A stretch of DNA of 63,728 nt, the filler included, from Rhabdomonas costata (taxonomy: Eukaryota): assembly GCA_019059605.1 (NCBI GenBank). It is 41 parts of 41 records of this genome, joined end to end, with 100 filler letters (N's around TTAATTAATTAA, not from the genome) between each part and the next. Parts side by side here need not be neighbours in the genome. Positions count along the whole stretch, not along the records: positions 34,248 to 35,703 come from JAHMHO010015479.1; positions 35,804 to 37,259 come from JAHMHO010015480.1; positions 37,360 to 38,815 come from JAHMHO010015481.1; positions 38,916 to 40,371 come from JAHMHO010015482.1; positions 40,472 to 41,928 come from JAHMHO010015483.1; positions 42,029 to 43,484 come from JAHMHO010015484.1; positions 43,585 to 45,035 come from JAHMHO010015485.1; positions 45,136 to 46,591 come from JAHMHO010015486.1; 33 more parts are not named here. One strand, given 5' to 3'. Positions 35,212 to 48,663 of the stretch are shown one piece after another. The position numbers were made by a program, and so were the translations under genes. Below the pieces are notes generated by a model. It was not told the DNA's origin. It saw only the letters and a program-made list of their open reading frames with translations, and searched no databases. Positions within the stretch are counted from its first letter, which is position 1. Each line of letters starts with the position of its first letter.

Positions 35212-37644
35212 CTGCAAGCAAGGAGAAGAATTGCAATACTGCCTTAAAAAGCTGATGCCTAGGGTGGGTGGGTGTTCTAAAGGTTTTGGAGGGGTGAATG
35301 TTAACGGCTGCCAGTGGTAAAAAGAAAGAATTTACTTAAGGCAGCACTAAAGGCCACCCACGCCAAATTCCCACCTCAGCAGCCTCTAAACTAAACGAAT
35401 GCTGTCTTTCTCCAAAAATGTCCCAAAAAAACGCAGCACTTTTAAAGTGCTGCTAATCCCTCAACGCCGCTCAAGTGGGTATCACACCCAACCCTATCCT
35501 CGGTATTGGAATCTTCGCTCTGGCTCAGCTAAATATTTTCACGTCCCCCCCCCCCCCGTATAACTTATCACTGTTTCCGCACTACTACTGCACTACATGT
35601 TCGGAAGCTGTCGAGCGTTAACTTTTCCTAGAAACACTATGGCAACTCGTGAGAAAGTACAAACGTACATACACGTGTACGCACGGGTAGAATAACCACA
35701 ACCNNNNNNNNNNNNNNNNNNNNNNNNNNNNNNNNNNNNNNNNNNNNTTAATTAATTAANNNNNNNNNNNNNNNNNNNNNNNNNNNNNNNNNNNNNNNNN
35801 NNNGTGTGGGGTGGTCGCAGAGCTGCTTGCCGTGCACGAGGACCGCTTTTGTGCGGACCTCAAAGTCGCCCAGGTGTGTGTGTGTGTGTGCATATGCTGG
35901 GAGTCTTCCCCAGAAAAAAGTCATCTTCTCCAAGTGCACAAAGTGTGTGCATATGCTGCCTTTGTTTCTGTTTCCGGTGCCTTTGGACCATCCACAATGC
36001 TTGTCCGAGCAGTCTCGTTCTGTGTAGCAATATTACACGAGACTTATCCGCAGCGCATGATGGCTCATTTTCCTGTACACCGAGATCAAAGAAGGGATGA
36101 CGGTGGCGGTGCGGGGTGCGGGATGCTCAGGGCACACAGCGGGGACGTCTGCTCGCGAATGTGGCCTACGAGGACTTTTGTAAGCTTGCCGAAATCGAGC
36201 CCAGCTAAAGCACTGTGTCATCCACGCAGCACTGCCGCTTTGCTCTGCCCTGGCAGCCGCAGCTATGCTAAAAACCACTTCCCTACCTTATTTTCTCCAC
36301 TGACACGGGTAAGGGAGAAGCACCCCTGAATGGGGGAGGGCTCTGTTCAGAGCAGACCGTGTACAGTTGTGGCCAGCGCTTTGGGGCCGCTTTGCGGGCT
36401 TCTGTCACTGATCTCAACATCGCATCTGTTGCTGTTGGTGCTCAGAAAGTGTTTCCACTTTGCACCCCCGGTAAAAGAGGAGAACGAGAAGGGTCAGTGA
36501 ATGTGGAACTGGCTAGAATTTGGTGTTGCGTTGAGTGTGGCAGTGTTCCGAGTTTTGCAACCGTTCAGTAGGTTCCATTCGCTTCTGGTCGTGTGTGTGT
36601 GTGTGTGTGTCTGCGTGAGGGATCAACTGGAGTGACTTTCTTTGCACTGTTGGGCATATCATGCAATGGTCGCGGGGGTGCGATGGTAACCACAGTATCA
36701 CTGGCGATTTTGATGACTCTTGGTAGTCCACAAATAGGAAATTATGGGACGACGTTGAAACCCACCACATCTCACCTAAGATCTGTAAGATCTGGGGCCG
36801 CTCTGCTGAGCTCCGCGGCCCATTACGAACGCCTTTGGCTTTAAAATATAATTGTGTCTTACTTGGTATGTTTAGGACTCACAGTACAAATGGTACAAAT
36901 GGTGACAATTGCACTCGGGGGGAGGGGCGGTGAGGCGGTAAACGTTTATCGCCGTCGAACGTTTGCCTTTGCTGGTGGACATATCATTGGGACAGAAAAT
37001 CTCCATTTTCTGTTGAAGTTACTTTCTGAGCTTTAGGTGAGAATGTCAGCGCCCCCTGGATGGCGATTTCTCACAATGTTTTAAAAAAAATCTGGACCGT
37101 TTAAAGGTGTTGTACGTTTCACTTCACGAAACGCCTAAAACGTCTTACACTGCTACTTCCCCCTCCCCAAAAAATGTCATTGTCTCCAAATGGAATCCTG
37201 GCCGCCCGAAGCAAGATAACCTCCGCTTCCTCCACCCCCAAACCAAACACACCCACCACNNNNNNNNNNNNNNNNNNNNNNNNNNNNNNNNNNNNNNNNN
37301 NNNTTAATTAATTAANNNNNNNNNNNNNNNNNNNNNNNNNNNNNNNNNNNNNNNNNNNNTGTGGGGGGTTGGGTGTCTTTGTACGAAAGGGTCTTATGGT
37401 GTGCGTGCTTGCTGTGTGCTTACTGAACAATGAAAGTTTGAGGATTTGTGTCTCTAAATTAGGATGCCTTGCGAAGGCGCCTGCAGCCAGGGTCGCTGCC
37501 CTGTTCAAAACGGAGCGTAAAGCACCTATTCAGCGGAAATGACAGCTTCAAGAGAGCCTTCGGCTCACGTGGGCTGCTGTCGCGGGGTGCTGGGTTGCTG
37601 ACAATTACACGATAAGATAAAAAAATATGGTTTCCTCTTGAAAA

Positions 37645-37765
37645 GTTGAACTTGCTTCACACTGTGCGCGCGCTTTTCTTTGTGAAATCCAATGAATGGA
37701 GGCGTTGAACTTGCTTCACACTGTGCGCGCGCTTTTCTTTGTGAAATCCAATGAATGGAGGCGTT
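37645..37765 (+). repeat. Perfect 59-bp tandem duplication
   Basis: 37645-37703 equals 37704-37762. Confidence 0.95.
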
Positions 37766-37851
37766 CTCGATGATGTGAGGGTGGGTTTCCTTGCTGTTGC
37801 TTGGACTTGGGACTTGGGACTGCGTGGGCTTCAATTTCCTGTCCAAAACAG

Positions 37852-38019
37852 CGGTGTGACCCTTGGGTGAACTCCACCACCATGGGGAAGGTGACCAGTG
37901 ATGACTTCATCACCCGCCTGAACAAGGAGCTGCAAGAGCATGCCGTGCAGCCCGACCTTCACCTACCGTGGCTGGACACCCTAACGTTCACTGAGGTCAA
38001 CAAGCTGAATAAAAAGCAC
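37852..38019 (+). CDS. Internal exon, hypothetical protein
   Basis: CAG|RCDPWVNSTTMGKVTSDDFITRLNKEL...NKLNKKH|GTATGG; 56 codons. Confidence 0.5.
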
Positions 38020-38242
38020 GTATGGACCCCACACATCGGAGAACGAGAAGAGAGGTGGGAAGGCTCCCCCTGCGAAATCCCGGCAGTTGGTTGACAAAAG
38101 TAACATTCGTACAAAGAAGAAGTCCAAAGTGTGCACCCCACCCGCAAACGCCGACGCGGGGCGAGCACCCTGGATTTGCTGTAAGGGTGCTACATCCCTT
38201 TTCGCCGATCCGCTTTTATCGATTGCCTTGCAAGTGATCAGA

Positions 38243-38320
38243 GGGCTAAGCCGAAGCAGGCGTGGGGTCTTTTGTATAGCAGGCCTCCCGAAACGCTGCG
38301 TGGCCGGTCCTTGGTGTCAG
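38243..38320 (+). repeat. Dispersed ~80-bp repeat, copy 2
   Basis: Diverged copy of 26576-26655 on a different contig. Confidence 0.85.
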
Positions 38321-39168
38321 GAGGCAATCTACGGCGTGAAGTTGTGGCGCCATCCACCACGTGGGTAAGTGCGGGGCCTTGCAAGTGAATTAAAAGAACC
38401 AGGTGGATTTATAATTGCAGAACCCCGACACACATCGACACTGTAAGTCCAATGTCTTGGGCGTGGCAGGGTGCTCATCGCTGTTCGTTTCGGAGTTGTG
38501 TGATAGGATGTTTCCATTTCTCAGTGCCTGGAGTTGTGGGAGTTGTCCAACCCAACCCAGGTGGTGTATTTAAATACAGGTGTGATTTTTGGTGTGATTT
38601 TTGTGGCGAAAGAGTCAAGGTTGAAATCTGTGAGGTTTTGCGTCCCCTGGCGTTGACCCGGGACAGACGGAGCTAAAGAAGCTTCAGTTCCTGAATGTCG
38701 GCCTTCTGGACTTCCCACATCCTGTGGTGTTTTCCTTGCACTCGTTGGAGCTCAAGCGCGCCATCGAACACCCCGAACCTAAGGAGGGCACCATTGCCCT
38801 CGTCACCAACCCCCCNNNNNNNNNNNNNNNNNNNNNNNNNNNNNNNNNNNNNNNNNNNNTTAATTAATTAANNNNNNNNNNNNNNNNNNNNNNNNNNNNN
38901 NNNNNNNNNNNNNNNGTGGAGGTCTTTTCCCTTTCCAGAGGGCTTTATAATACTCTCTCGCTGCCTGGCCACTTCTCGGGATTCGGGCGGAGGTTGTTGG
39001 GAAACCTCAATGGCGCATTAAATTTCGCAAGCACTTACACATATCGGGCTGTTATAAACCCCACAACACCACATGGAAAAAGCTGGATTCATAGCCGTCG
39101 CAACACAGAAATCCTGGAGACAAAGCGAAAAGACCCCGCCGCTGCCCACGCGTGGGAAGGACGCACAC

Positions 39169-39730
39169 CACAGTGTGCACAAAGACATTGTCGCGGGTCT
39201 TGGATTCGATCCGCACAGAAAGTTCCTGCGCAGAGAGAACAACGGAACAATAGAAATGGTGATCAGCAGTTTCCACGTGCTGCACAGGAAGGATGCCAGG
39301 GACTAGGGCGCCTGGGACGTGACACAATTTGAGCGGGGCAACGCTCAAACAATCCCAAAAGATACACAAAAAATGGGCCCTAGAAAAGCAGAAAGGGAAC
39401 GAAGTGGGGGCTGTGGACTGGACAGCGAGCTGGTTCGCGAAGTAGCACCCCTCAAAGGTGAAACAGTGGGAAAGAGTGAGCGGGAGTTATAGGGAATTAA
39501 GAAAAGCGCCTGCACAAGCAGACGCACGTTCCGCATCCTCTGCTTTTCAGGGCTGGGACTGGGAAGAAGGGGCGGGTGGGTGAAACCTGGACTCTCAGGC
39601 TTAGCGTTCCCTTGACCTCCGTCCAAATGGGATTCATGAAGTGCAGCCCAGGGCGGGCCGTGCCGCTGTATTTCCCCCAGGTCTCCAGAATCCCCACCTC
39701 ACTCTGAGGAATGGTTACGCAGCACCCCAT
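39169..39730 (-). CDS. SPFH/band-7 protein of the hypersensitive-induced-response (HIR) type; exons 39587-39730 and ~39169-39225
   Basis: MGCCVTIPQSEVGILETWGKYSGTARPGLHFMNP...GTLSLRVQ|ELSVRIESKTRDNVFVHTV. N-terminal MGCC acylation motif. Confidence 0.9.
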
Positions 39731-40645
39731 GGCTCAAGCTGTCCACACAGACGCACCCTACAGCACGCAAGTGATGACTCCAAACACTCCACGTACAATC
39801 ACTAACTCGCTCACTCGCTCGCTCTGCAAAGCACTACCCTGTTTGCTGTTCCTACCGGTTCAAAAAGCCGCAACGGAAAAACAACAACAGCTGCAAACAC
39901 GACGGATGAGAAGCTCCTGGAGTGCCACCAGCACAAAGTATGACAAAACGTGGGATTGTTGCAAATCTGGATGTTGCAGATCAGATGCATCTTTTTCGTA
40001 AGAGGCGCCTCGGAAGCAGCGCCAAAAGTACTCATCGTTGCATCGTCTGTATTGGACCTGCGGAAGCGTGATGGACAAGCCCTGAAGAACTAACGAGCCC
40101 GAACCATCAGCTCAACAAAGTAACCCTCGCAATGAGGAAGGCTTTGCAAGCCATCCTGTCGTTTAGGAGACGTCAGATGGGTAGGGATGGTATGCGTGTT
40201 GCTTATGTCAGTGACGGCCCCACCACACCACTTCGGGCCAAGGCTTGATTTCGCGAAGGAGGAACACACTCTCAAAGGTCCATCAAAACAGGGGGACTTC
40301 TCGTGGGGAAAAGAAGTCCCGCAAAAGCGCGCGCAAAGCCCTGCGCAGGGGTGACGCGCAAAAAAAACCCCNNNNNNNNNNNNNNNNNNNNNNNNNNNNN
40401 NNNNNNNNNNNNNNNTTAATTAATTAANNNNNNNNNNNNNNNNNNNNNNNNNNNNNNNNNNNNNNNNNNNNGTGGGGTGGGATGAGTATGTGTTTGGGGA
40501 AGGCATGCTTTAGATGTTTAAGGGCGCTAAACGTTTTGGGAATTTGTCGATCGATTGGAAAATAATGATTTTAGGAGCGAAGGCCAGAGCGGGCAGAGAA
40601 ATGATAAGGGAGGACCCTCACCTTATTCCTGCTCACACTTTGGTT

Positions 40646-40745
40646 GAGTTGAGTTGAGTTGAGTTGAGTTGAGTTGAGTTGAGTTGAGTTGAGTTGAGTT
40701 GAGTTGAGTTGAGTTGAGTTGAGTTGAGTTGAGTTGAGTTGAGTT
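40646..40745 (+). repeat. (GAGTT)20 microsatellite
   Basis: Direct count. Confidence 0.97.
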
Positions 40746-40885
40746 TCATTCGAACGCCTGACGTCCTGCATGACATTCTCACCGAATTGAGTGAGTATCT
40801 GTTCGTTCCATATCCGGCTGAGTTCCTTCCTTCCTTTCCAGAAGCAGTTGCAACGCTCCCTCCCACCCTTCCACCCCCCAAAAAG

Positions 40886-41898
40886 GGTTTCTTGAGCCAC
40901 TTCCTCTGACCCATCCTACGAAGTTCGAGTTCGTCAGCGTGGTGCCGGGGGGCAACATCAGCGCAACCTTCGTGACATCTGTCCGCAAGGTGCCCAACGA
41001 GCTCTTCGCGCCGCTCTCGATATTTCCCTCTCTTGGGATGGGTGGATGTTGTGGCACGAATTCCCCTCCCGTATCGCTTCCTTGTACCCTTTTGAGTTTT
41101 TCTGTGCTTAACTTAAACATGCATTTCCAGGGGCTGGGGTATGAATGCCGTGTCATTGTGTACACCAGGCAGAGGGGGAGTACACGTCGTCCCGCGCTGC
41201 AGGCTGGCTGGTTTGGGGGCGGTATTCGAACACTGTTCATCTAAATAGAGGGACGGCTAAAACCCTGAAACGGAAAGCTTCCAGTAATTCTTCCTCTCCT
41301 GGGTTTTTTCCCAACGGACACCTTTTTCACCCGGCAAAACCACGGCTCCAAGCAGTGGGGTCCTGTGGTGAGGTATCGTCTGAATCCTCTCGAAGAATCC
41401 CATAAAGGATACAGAGGATGATAAAAGCGATAACATGCTGCTGTTGTTGAGTAAAAGAAGTTATCTACAAGCCACGGCTTGAGCTAATTTGCTCAATGCG
41501 CCAGACGACACACACGTTGATCGAGCCTCCTCCCTGCAGCAAAGAGGTGATCCGCGAAGCGGCCATACACCGCACTGCAGCAATGCCTCGTGTGTGTACG
41601 TGTGGTTGCTGCCCGACGGCCCCGCCAAAAGCACCACATATGTGCATTAGAGGAAGAAGGACAGCACGCCGTGCACCGCGTTCGGTGCCTGTGCCGCACA
41701 GTGCCCCAGTGAATGTCCGTAGGGTTGGCCAGTTTTTTACGATCTTTAAAATAATGAAAAAGAGACGTTTTAAAATTGGTCAACCGCAATATACAGGGGT
41801 TTGAGGAGTGCATGGCGAAGGGACCGCTGCTGGGCAACCCCGTTTGGGGGGTGAAATTCGTGCTGGAGGACGGTGCGATGCATGCCGTGGACAGCAGC
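40886..41898 (+). CDS. GFM1: Elongation factor G, mitochondrial EF-G1 type, domain IV; exons 40886-40989 and 41797-~41898
   Basis: FLEPLP...[57 protein letters not shown]. Confidence 0.85.
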
Positions 41899-42499
41899 GG
41901 TCCCTTCGCCATGCACTCCCCAAACCCCNNNNNNNNNNNNNNNNNNNNNNNNNNNNNNNNNNNNNNNNNNNNTTAATTAATTAANNNNNNNNNNNNNNNN
42001 NNNNNNNNNNNNNNNNNNNNNNNNNNNNTGTGGGGTTGGAGCGTGAAGCCTTTGTATGACGGGGCGTTGGTAGTTGGGTACGGTCAGGTGAGTAAAGTAT
42101 GCTTGCATCAAATAAAAATATAGCTTAGCAGACACGCGATGCCACTTTGCTCAAAAGACGCACGAGAGAGTTATTGCTGGTTTCACAAAAAGGTGTAACA
42201 ACATTTGATGTTCTGGCGGCCTGCTGTGAAGGGGTTGAGAGCAGGAAGGAAGCGCACCTCCACACGAAACCGAGCACGGCCCAAAGGAGCTGTTGCCGGT
42301 CAGGTTGGCACATGCCGGGGGAGCAACCCCTGAGCACAAACAAAGCACAGGTGAAGGCATGTGAGGAAGCGACCCAAGCACTGCAAACGTTCGCTGAATT
42401 TGCCCAATACGACGCAACGCATACGATGCAACGCATTGCGCACACGGAGGGCAGGGCACAACCCCTAGGAATGGGGGGAGGGGGTACAGGGACATCCAC

Positions 42500-43484
42500 C
42501 ACAGCTCTGATTATTGCACGCCGAGGTGATAGTGAACCCCGCGGGGTATGGGCAGGGCTGGCCCCCGTTGGCCTCTGCAGTGGACACGACAAAGGTGAGG
42601 GACCGCGTGCCCCCACCACAGCTGGCGGAGCACGACGTAGAGGGCACGAAGGCGCCCGTGCAGTTCACCCGAGTGGTGTTGCCTGGGCCCAAAAACCATG
42701 CACGAGACCAAAACGCCCATCACAGACACAGAAGCAATCCAAATGCTGGCGTTCTTGTGGTGTGCCGAAGATCGCGCGTGTTGTATCAATACCCGGCATA
42801 AGTCTTTTTATGGCATCCCCCCACTAATTCTCACTGACTCCTATTTAACAGGGGCAATCCGCGTTCGATTTGTGTGCACTCACCCCCCAAAAATAGCCCC
42901 AAACAGCCCCCCGCCTTCTTGAGCAGTGCGCGCCAGGCGAAAGAAGTCTCTTTCTACATGAAAATAAGCACAATTAGCAAAAACAGAAATCGCCTGTCTC
43001 TCTCTCTCCGGACATTCCGACTCTCACACACATTTTCTAATTCTTTCCGCGGGGAAAAGACCTCGAAAAGTCACAACAAAGGACAAACGTGGTCTTCGCC
43101 TGCAAGGAATGCGGTTTCTGTCCGTGCTTAGTGGAACATATATAATGGACAGATGACAGAGTGAGCACACTCACACACACTCACTCACCGCTCACTCACA
43201 TACCAAAAACGGAGCAGCCTGGAAGGCTGCACGCAGAGGAGCGAGTGAGGGCGCTGCTGTACGGGCAGGCTGAGGGTGGGCCCGTCACCGTAAACACCTC
43301 CAGCTGTATTCCCAGGTCACAGGAGCCCGAGCACGGCCCCACAGCAAGAAACTCCCCACGGCACTCTTGGATCACTGGGCGAGGTAAAGCGCAAGATGGC
43401 TTCTTTGGTGTGACTGTCGCCTCGACCCTTTCGCACCGCTTCACCATCCACTCCGGAAACGCCGCGTGGCCGTCCTTGGGGCTT
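42500..43484 (-). CDS. Thrombospondin type-1 (spondin-like) repeat protein; exons ~43204-43484 and 42500-42682
   Basis: CSGSCDLGIQ and CTGAFVPSTSCSASCGGGTRSLTFVVSTAEANGGQPCP...CNNQSC. Phase-1 GT-AG join. Confidence 0.8.
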
Positions 43485-43845
43485 NNNNNNNNNNNNNNNN
43501 NNNNNNNNNNNNNNNNNNNNNNNNNNNNTTAATTAATTAANNNNNNNNNNNNNNNNNNNNNNNNNNNNNNNNNNNNNNNNNNNNAAACAGTTAGGGGGTG
43601 ATCCTCCAATAGGGTTTGCACATTTCGGGTTTGGGGCTTCTCGGTTACGTTCCATTTATAATACCTGTAAATTCCCAAATTATGGTAATTTACCGGAACT
43701 ACCAAAATCTCTGTTCTAGCGGCATATTCTAATGGATGAAAGCGTGACTGTGACGTTAATGACTGCTTGCAGTATTCTTCAAGAGCTCCATCAGGTTGAA
43801 AGCATCAGCAAATCTCCAGACCACGCAAGTCATAACCATGCAATG

Positions 43846-44233
43846 TCAAAACAACCGCAGCAACCGTTCGTTGAAGTATACCGCGCATAGCAAAAGAAAC
43901 CGCTGTCGTACATCCTCTACCGGTACGGGGCAAGAAGCGGAATAAAAGGCGTCGTACGCAGAGCCGTCAAGAGGAACACCAACCGGCCGAGGGAGAAACT
44001 GTGACCCCAAGAACCGAACAAGCAGCATTTCGGGGGACCAACTGAACACGCAAAGGACTCTCAGGCTTGCTTCGGCGCAGCCCTCTCACTTTGCAGATCA
44101 GTTTTTCACCCGTGCGACGATTGACCTCATTCTTGAGCCAGCCACCAAACGTGTAGTAAGGTGGATCGTCAGGGGGAAGAAGTTTGACCAGCCAGCCAAG
44201 GAGCTTTGCTTCTCCACCCAACATCCATAGCCA
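43846..44233 (-). CDS. Last two exons (44090-44233, 43846-43998) of a hypothetical protein
   Basis: A phase-0 91-nt GTGAG...CAG intron joins ...GEKLICK|FLPRPVG...NERLLRLF*. Confidence 0.55.
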
Positions 44234-46869
44234 CTGCACGCAGCACAGCTGTGCTCTTTCGCAGTTGACTCATGCTAAAACGCACACACACACACACACA
44301 CCCTTGCGGGCAAGAAAAACGTCCGTCATGATTCTGCGCCAGTTCTGCTCCAGAAACCGAAGCGAAGTGCGGCTGGCAGGCCCGCAGCAGGAATATCCCA
44401 ACAACAAGTGGATCCAGGGTTGGCCAGTATTTGACGTTTTTCGGAAAATCTTTTGCAATTTGTTTCTTCTACGGTTAACTTTCTCTCTAAGAATTTTACG
44501 TTTTACATATTACATTGCCCACGCGGTGTTTACAAGCCGGTTCTCAGCTTCACCTGTGCACCAATTCATCGTTGCAAGGCAACACTGTTACTGAGTTGTG
44601 AAAGCTAAAGAAAAAAGTAAAAAAAAGTGATAATAGTAAGAAAAGTAAAAAAGATCAAATGTCCAACATGACATTTAGCAGGCTACACCGTGACCTCACC
44701 GCGGCGCCTTGCGCCATAAACATGTTGCACACAAAAAAACACTAGTTGGGTGTAGAGGGTAAACACTGGTACGGATACTGTCAGGCACCGACGTACGCAC
44801 ACACTAAGCAGACTTTGAAGCAAAGAATGCAAGAGAGAACAGAGTTTGAAAAACAATTTCCTGACACGTTCGTCCCCCCTGGGCCACACCTACACGCTGG
44901 AGGTCAGGGCCAATTTCGTTACGAAACATTTGCGATCTTTTTGTGATCTTTTTACGTTTCTTTGCGTTTCTCGGGAACCCCAGGATTTGCGGATACGTTT
45001 GCGTTTTTTCTTTTACGCTCACAGAAAACACCAACNNNNNNNNNNNNNNNNNNNNNNNNNNNNNNNNNNNNNNNNNNNNTTAATTAATTAANNNNNNNNN
45101 NNNNNNNNNNNNNNNNNNNNNNNNNNNNNNNNNNNGGGTGGGTTGGGGGAAGGTCCAAAAATTCTGAGGACAGGCTCCAGCGGTACAGGTCTTGGCCCTC
45201 TCGGGTGAGCTTGGCGTTGCCATAGTCCATATCCCGTGAAAACATCTGGATAATCCCAACACAGGAAGTCACTACGTGCGGGATGAGGTGACGTGATGAG
45301 CTTAGGTCATGAGCAGTGCCAATACACCCACCACCAAGAGCATCCGGACGCGGACGCGGACGCAAGCAGTAGTAACCAAGTGTTGAAACTAAAACAAAAC
45401 CATGAGCTGCCACGCATCATGTCACGAGAGGTCTTAAAACCAACAGCAACGCGAACCCAGCAGATACCCGGGCTTCCTGTAGGGTAATTAGCCCTGCTAC
45501 ACCCATCCCATCAGAGTCAATCGTTTGGCGCTTTTGGACAACAATGAGCTGAGTTAACCACCTTGTGGAATCATAAGGGGTCATGAGCCAGGAAACCGAA
45601 TCTGCTGTGGACGGGACATATTGCTGTTCAGCCCCGCACCCCCATGACCATTTTCTTGGACAGCACAGCTCACGTCTCGCAGGTTTATTGTCGATGAGGA
45701 TGGGTTGGGGTCCCCCCCAAAAAAACAAGAACGAATTAGTCGCAACGAAGGGATGGAGGGAGTAAGGGAGGCGGCAAAGAGAAGAGGAAGGGTTCCTCCC
45801 CAACCTGAAAATAGTTCGAGGAGCGCAGTAGTTGGGAAACCCGAGGCATCCAATGATGGTGGTGAATGGAGAGGTCCAGCAGCCGCAGCGCTGCGGTGTC
45901 TTTCGGAAAACTTACCGAGAGGTTCCCAACGGAATACACTCGGCGGCAGCGGGCCAGCCTGAGGTGAAGGTGCCGGGCCCACACGTCCGCCAGGGCAATG
46001 TGTGCCACCCCGTACACCGCCAGCAGGGTGTACAACACTTCAAAAACAATCACCTCGTCGTATACCCTTCTCTGCAATGGGTGTGGATGAGACGGATTCA
46101 ACGCGCGAAAAGCGTCGTCGGAGGAAGAAAGACAATGACCAAGCAGTTAGCAACCAACCCGCGCTTGCTCTTTCACATGACTTTGGAAAATGAAGCTTAC
46201 GTCCAACCATTTCGGCTCCGTAAATGACATAACAAACGATCGGAGGGGGTTTCTTCCTCTGGTGCGGTGTGACTTGATTAGCTTAAGAGACAGTGAAGAG
46301 AAGTGGAAGGGGATGACGTCATAGAAGTGGCCGTGCAAACCGTCTCCCACGGCACGTACTCCAGGAGCAGCAAGGTTCCGCCGGGGCTCAGCAAAGGTTC
46401 CGTTGTCCACGGGACGGGCGAAGATGGTTCTTCCGCCATAAATGGCGCCGCCTGCTCAGCCAACTTCCCAGCAACCTCCAAATTTGGGCTCCGGCCTTTG
46501 GTCGTATGCTCCAGCTCCGCAGTAAGCAATATATACGAAGAGAGTGGCCGTCACTGGCTATTGGAAACCACCAACCAACCACACCCAACACNNNNNNNNN
46601 NNNNNNNNNNNNNNNNNNNNNNNNNNNNNNNNNNNTTAATTAATTAANNNNNNNNNNNNNNNNNNNNNNNNNNNNNNNNNNNNNNNNNNNNGTACAGTTT
46701 TTATACCAAACAACTTTCAAGAAATTCACATATTTTGCTGAGAGCGGTTCCGTCAAGGCAATGAAATGGTTCATATTGATCCGTGTCTTTTTTCAGAGTT
46801 TTGACAGTTTGATGTTTGCGTGGGAAACTACTTGAGACCTACGCGCGATTTGTGGTGATCACACCTCAC

Positions 46870-48146
46870 TGTGGGACTGGTTTGCAGCGAGTAGAAGTTC
46901 GTGGTTATGTAGTTGCTGCCCAGCATCCAAAAATGCAGCCCCAGTGTGTCCTGAATGTAACTGTAGTTCTGCGCCGCCGTGGCACCGGGCAGCTCCAGCA
47001 GACCCTTTCCCTTTAGGCGGCCAGACTCGTAAAGTAGCAGGTCCTCGGTGGGTTCGATGAGCTTAAGAAACGCGCTTCGGGTGCTGCGCATTGTAAACCT
47101 GCGAAGCTCCATGGTGGACGCCTGAAGACCCCCCACAAAAAAAACAGGACAACTTCCAGAGTGGCACCATACCTTTCGGGCATGAAGGGGAGGAAGAAAT
47201 TACGAGTAAAACAATTCCAAGAAATATCACAGCACTTCTCTCTAGGGGTTGAAGATTAATCACCTTTTGTCTTTCCCGATTTCCGATTCCATTGAGCGAC
47301 TCGCGGCATAAGATTTTGGTGTGATACCCACAACGTCCTGAGAGGGGGCACCCCAAAGTGGCACAGGGGCGGGAAAACCACTAAGCCTTATTCAGCCGTC
47401 CGACACGATATGAAACATGTTGACATCAAAAAACGCTCAAATCGGCGAAAAACACGTTTTTTGCCAACTCAATTAATAAAGCTGAGCCGATTTCCGGGAG
47501 GTCTAGAAGGGATTGTTTTACCCCGATGACCCCATTTTGACCAACAAACAATCCCCCTCACCGGGTAACTTCGATACAACAGAAAACGCAGGGTCAATAA
47601 AAAGGGATGGATCGGCGCAAAAACAAAGCTTAGAAAAAAGGTTTCAAATTGCATCAAACAAAAGAAACATGACTTGTTCGACGAACAAAAAAGGGCACAC
47701 GACAAACAAACAAGAACATCCATACAAGGTTAGCAGTTTATTCCATTTGGATTTGGATGCTCGCTGGAGCTACAAGGTGGACGCTTTGACGCAACGCAAA
47801 CCACCTTTCCATCACTCACGGAAACCAAAAACGAGCGAAGAGAGACACCTCCAAAGAGCTTTCGCCCTGCCTCCCAATGTCATCGATGCCACTGTTGCTT
47901 GCCTGCCACGAAAGCAGCCAAAGAGCGATGGCGGGCCCAAGAGTGAACATGCACATCGAGGCCACGATTACCAGCTTCAGCGAGAGCCACCTCCGACATT
48001 TCCCATCGTTCCGAGAGGAAACTCCACGAGCGGTTTCCGCAACCGCTGGCTCCTGCGTCCCTGGCACGGCCCTCGACCCAGCGCAAAGCTCGGCACGAGA
48101 GGAGCTCTCGCAGGGAATCACCTCAGCTGTTGCGACCCCAACAACA
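46870..48146 (-). CDS. Receptor-like membrane protein N-terminus (TM plus helical ectodomain); exons 47849-48146 and ~46870-47121
   Basis: RRWLSLKLVIVASMCMFTLGPAIALWLLSWQAS...GESSLE|ASTMELRRFTMRST...; phase-0 GT-AG join. Confidence 0.55.
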
Positions 48147-48450
48147 NNNNNNNNNNNNNNNNNNNNNNNNNNNNNNNNNNNNNNNNNNNNTTAATTAATT
48201 AANNNNNNNNNNNNNNNNNNNNNNNNNNNNNNNNNNNNNNNNNNNNTTTCAGTGGCGAAGAAACTTAGAAAAGGACTCTGACCCTTTCATTTCGCTACTG
48301 TTGTGCATCAAGGGTGGTTGTTTTCAGTGACTTCCTCACCCTTTTCTCTGTGCCGTACAAGTGAAGGTATGCCAAATAAATGATCGCGCTGAACCAGTGT
48401 CCACAGCGCTCCTGCCACGTGGTGCCTCGTGGTGCCCCTGTTGTCCTCAG

Positions 48451-48663
48451 GACGCCTTCGAGGCCTACGGCAAGGTGGTGAACATCCAGCTGATCAAGAA
48501 CAGCCTGGACCGTGCCCCGTACGCCTTCGTGGAGTTCGCGAACCTGGACGACGCCGTGGAGGCCAAGGCAAGCATGCACGAAACGAAGTTCATGGGGCAG
48601 ACCATCCGCACCGACTTCGCGTACTCCCGGGGCAGCGGGGGTGGCAGCAGGCCTCCGGGATAG
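48451..48663 (+). CDS. RRM RNA-binding protein, terminal exon
   Basis: CAG|DAFEAYGKVVNIQL...PYAFVEF (RNP1)...GQTIRTDFA, Gly-rich tail, TAG stop. Confidence 0.88.
   Translation, partial: DAFEAYGKVVNIQLIKNSLDRAPYAFVEFANLDDAVEAKASMHETKFMGQTIRTDFAYSRGSGGGSRPPG

Noticed and set aside
40571-40914. ORFs with (QLNST)n repeats
   Set aside because: Translation of the (GAGTT)20 microsatellite.
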